64,000 nt of DNA from NCBI RefSeq assembly GCF_009834535.1, contig NC_045711.1, forward strand, positions 25,234,001 to 25,298,000. Direction: 5' to 3'. Every line of letters starts with the position of its first letter. The first letter of the stretch is position 1. The stretch is from Camelus ferus. Taxonomy: Eukaryota. This document shows, one piece after another, positions 60,536 through 64,000 of this stretch. Both the position numbers and the translations under genes were made by a program. The notes under the pieces are model-generated. The model did not search any database. It saw only the letters and a program-made list of their open reading frames with translations, and was not told where the DNA came from.

Positions 60536-62124
60536 GTGCCTGTTCAAAATCATGTCCCTCGTCCCTGGAGCCTAGAGCCAGGCTGGGGCTGGGGGAGTGG
60601 GGCTGAGTCTGGGCCAGGGAGACACTCAGGTCCTGGGAAGCTGGGACTGGGTGGGATCAGCAAGGAGGTGGGGGCTGAGGGAGACATGGATGAGGGAGGA
60701 GAAGGCTGTGGGAATGATGTTCCCATGTTTTAGAAGAAAAACTTTCTGGGCTGCTTTGACATTCATGTCTGGATGAGGGCTGGGCAAACCCACCTCTGGT
60801 TCTGGGGGCAACCCTGGCTCACCTTCTCCCTGTTTCTCTGGCCTTCCTTGGTCAGGATCCGGATCCAGGGGCAAAGGGACAGGCTGGGATCTGATGTAGT
60901 TGACCGGCAGGGGAGAGCATCCCGGGACAGGTCACTGCCCAAGGCCTGGGGGTGGCAGGCCCTTGCAGAGCTTGCCGTCCTGTGGGGAGAAAGTTCCAAA
61001 CACACTGCTGCCATCACAGGTGGGATAAGCATCCCGAAGGAAGATCACAGGATGCCATGCCACAAGGGAGTCTAACAGGACCCCCTGTGGGTCAGTGGTT
61101 GATCAGAGAAAGGGTCTTAAGAAATATATCGAAGCTGAGACCTGGAAGGTGAGGGAGAGTTGACAAGGTGTGTGTGTGTGTACGGAGTCGGGGTGAGGGT
61201 TCCAGGTAGAGGGGGCAGGTGGTGTGAATGCCCAGAGGTGGGGAGGAGCTTGGAGTTTCTGAGGGACAGAGAGAAGCCTGAAGAAGGTGGTGGGGTCCCA
61301 ACCACATAGGAAGATATTTGGGTTTTACCCTAAGTAAGTGGGGAGCTGAGGAAGGTGTTGAGGGGAGAGACTGATCTGATTTGCATTTCTTTTATGATTT
61401 TTTTTGTTGTAGGGAATTTTGAGCAGACACAATGGTAGACAATTATAATTCCATGTACCCCTATCCACCCCAGGCTGAGCATGCCTCATCCTTACCCCCA
61501 CCCACTTCCCCCTCGTCTGTATTATTTTGAAGCAAAGCCCAGACATATTTATATCATTCATAAATACTTCAGTTCACATCTCTAGATGATAGGGCTTTAA
61601 AAATAATAAAACCACCATACATCATCACGTCTAAAAAATAATAAAAATTCCTTAATCTCATAAAATACCCAGGCAGTGCTCAAATTTTCCCCATTGTCTC
61701 ATAAATGTCATAAATGTTTATTTTTAAGTCGGTTGGCTTGAATCAGGAACCAAATTAGGTTCCCACATGGCGATTGGTTGACAGGACTTCTGAGTCTCAG
61801 TCTCTAGACTCCTTCTCCATCTCTTTTTTCCCCTTGCTGTTTGTTTGTTGAAGGAACTGGGTTACTTGTCCTGTAGGGTTTTCTTGGAGTTGCTTTTAAA
61901 AAAAGATTGGGACCGTCAGAGTGTGGTGAAATCTTGGAGGGCCCGCAGTGGCAGCAGGGAACCCACAGTTAGGAGAGGATTGTGCTAGCTCAGGCTCCAA
62001 CTGGCAGCGAGTGCCCTGGGCATTTGTGGTGGCAGAGGCAGTGGAGAGGCTGAACTTTCTCATTCCCAGGGCTCCCCGGAGGATAGTGATTTCCCAGTTA
62101 CCTTGGGGCCTGACATTAGCTCTC

Positions 62125-62450
62125 AGCACAGTGGTTCTCCACCCTCATTAGTGCTTTAGAAAAATGCAGACGCCCAGAGTTCCATCTCAGAGATTTCCAT
62201 TCAGTAGGTCTGGGCTAGCGGTTTCAAGAGCCACGTGAAGAGCTTGTTGAAATACAGATTCCTGGGCGACATACTCAGAGATTCTCATCCAGTAGTGCAA
62301 TGCGCCCGAGAATTTGCATTTCCTCAAGCTCCCAGGTGACGCTGCTACTGCTGGTTTTCGGTCCAGCATTGGTTAGGTGGGGGTCGAGCACGCATATTTT
62401 AAAAAGCTCTCCAGGTGATTCTAATGGGCGGCAGGGGCTGGGAACCACGT
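62125..62450. mobile_element. Nested MER5-family MITEs (MER5A-like inside a MER5A1/5B-like copy)
   Basis: Outer cagtggttctc...aggtgattctaatg...ggaaccac split by inner gagcttgttgaaatacagatt...gagaatttgcatt...cccaggtgacgctg. Confidence 0.7.
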
Positions 62451-62613
62451 CCATGGCAGGAGGGAGAGAGGGTGTGGCGAGACAGGGGTTCCCGGGACGC
62501 CTAGCATCTTCCGACTCAAAGGAGTGTGGGGGTTGACTAGGGAGCAGAAATTGGGGCGGGGCGGAACTCGGCTCGCCCCGCCCCGCTGATGCCCCGCCCC
62601 CTCCCGCCCCCAG

Positions 62614-63212
62614 GAACCGGGCTCCGCCTTCCTGCAGCTGGGCGTGTCCCTGGAGCAGCAGCTGCAGGTGCTGTTCAAGGTGCTGGAGGAGTACGACTGG
62701 AGCGCGTTCGCCGTGATCACCAGCCTGCACCCGGGCCACGCGCTCTTCCTCGAGGGCGTGCGCGCCGTCGCCGACGCCAGCTACCTGGGCTGGCGGCTGC
62801 TGGACGTGCTCACGCTGGAGCTGGGCCCTGGAGGGACGCGCGCGCGCACCCAGCGCCTGCTGCGCCAGCTCGACGCCCCCGTGCTGGTGGCCTACTGCTC
62901 CCGCGAGGAGGCGGAGGTGCTCTTCGCCGAGGCGGCGCAGGCCGGCCTGGTGGGGCCCGGGCACGTGTGGCTGGTGCCCAACCTGGCGCTGGGTAGCACC
63001 GACACGCCGCCTGCCGCCTTCCCCGTGGGCCTCATCAGCGTCGTCACTGAGAGCTGGCGCCTCAGCCTGCGCCAGAAGGTCCGCGACGGCGTGGCCATCC
63101 TGGCCCTGGGCGCCCATGGCTACCGGCGCCAGTATGGCGCCCTGCCCACCCCGGCTGGGGACTGCCGCGGCCACCCCGGGCGCATCAGCCCTGCCCGGGA
63201 GGCCTTCTACAG
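62614..63212 (+). CDS. GRIN2C: GluN2C second coding exon ([16 protein letters not shown]...AREAFYR); gene continues beyond the window
   Basis: cgcccccAG acceptor, CAG|GTGTGC donor, 599 nt; GluN2 ATD motifs ([21 protein letters not shown]). Confidence 0.96.
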
Positions 63213-63558
63213 GTGTGCACCTGCCCAGGGCATGGAAGTGAGGGGGGCGCTTCAGGGAACTTGGCGGCAGTGAGCTTGGGCTTGCTGGCCACACCTCCCA
63301 ACTAGCTGTGTGTCTGGGGCCAAGTTACCTCCCCTCTCTGGGCCTTAGTTTCTTCATCTGAGAAAAGAGCCTGGTAGGCTCTGGTGGTGAGGATCTCAGA
63401 GGTCAACACAGGGAAACACAGGACAATAAGTACACAAAAGCTACCTGTTGGTGGTGGTGATGAGGCAGAAGGTGGGGGAGGGGCGTCTTGGTAGGGCTGC
63501 AGGCTTGGCTAAGGGGACACTGGCTTCTCCTCCCTCACAGGCATCTACTGAATGTCAC

Positions 63559-63690
63559 NNNNNNNNNNNNNNNNNNNNNNNNNNNNNNNNNNNNNNNNNN
63601 NNNNNNNNNNNNNNNNNNNNNNNNNNNNNNNNNNNNNNNNNNNNNNNNNNNNNNNNNNNNNNNNNNNNNNNNNNNNNNNNNNNNNNNNNN
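63559..63690. other. Assembly gap (132 N) in GRIN2C intron
   Basis: N run. Confidence 1.
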
Positions 63691-64000
63691 CTCTCCTTTT
63701 GTCCCCACCTATTGTCCCACAGCCGAGAGTCCCTACTGTCCCTCATCCAGCCCCTCATCCTTCAGGTCTCAGCTGAAACATCTCCACTGAGAAGCCTTCC
63801 AGGCCCCCCAGGGTGGGTGAGGCACCTCTGCTCAGGGCTCCCACAACACCCCGGCCTCCCTCCGCTGTAGAATTTACCAAGCACTCTTGTTACATTGTCC
63901 TGCCCCAGGAGGGGTAACCCACAGCTGTGCTGGCTAGATGGCCATGTTAACTAGTAGAATTTGGGATCAGTGCTTGAGAAGAAATGTTTGCAAAGCATTA

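Noticed and set aside
62667-62687. RE1/NRSE-like 21-mer (16/21 to GGCGCTGTCCGTGGTGCTGAA) inside GRIN2C coding sequence
   Set aside because: Mismatch falls in the critical CTGTCC (GGACAG) core and the sequence is explained by coding constraint. I found no canonical RE1 elsewhere by eye.
62275-63294. 339-aa antisense ORF over GRIN2C coding exon 2
   Set aside because: Antisense shadow of GC-rich codons; its tail runs into MER5 repeats.

Overview
Mammalian genomic DNA, most likely a camelid (Vicugna/Camelus/Lama). That assignment is an inference from a tRNA-Ala-derived vic-1-type SINE, cetartiodactyl-type L1 3' ends and no recognisable Alu/Bov-tA/BovB. The window is the conserved OTOP2 - USH1G - FADS6 - FDXR - GRIN2C block (human 17q25.1 synteny). 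Gene models were rebuilt by hand from GT/AG boundaries and frame continuity: OTOP2 (minus, 6 coding exons, 563 aa), USH1G/SANS (plus, head-to-head with OTOP2, 461 aa, two N gaps in exon 2), FADS6 (plus, 6 exons, 342 aa), FDXR (plus, 12 exons, 492 aa) and the 5' part of GRIN2C (plus, candidate non-coding exons and the first two coding exons). The rest is old interspersed repeats (MIR, L2, L1M, MLT1, MER21, MER20/33/53/58/5), younger L1 3' ends, a solo LTR, microsatellites and five N gaps. There is no prokaryotic system, CRISPR array or novel protein-coding gene. The most unusual item is a TSD-flanked composite retroposon (43005-43237): a tRNA-Ala-like Pol III head fused to an ancient L1 3' end, finishing in AATAAA-TTTTT-A-tail. 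Other second-look items are the splice-proof USH1G stop codon plus an acceptor that would bypass it, a POU4F-type motif in USH1G intron 1, GRIN2C leader uORFs, a conserved FDXR +18 nt acceptor, and CTCF-like motifs at gene boundaries. Repeat subfamily names and all comparisons to human come from recalled consensus sequences and were not computed. Repeat boundaries are approximate.
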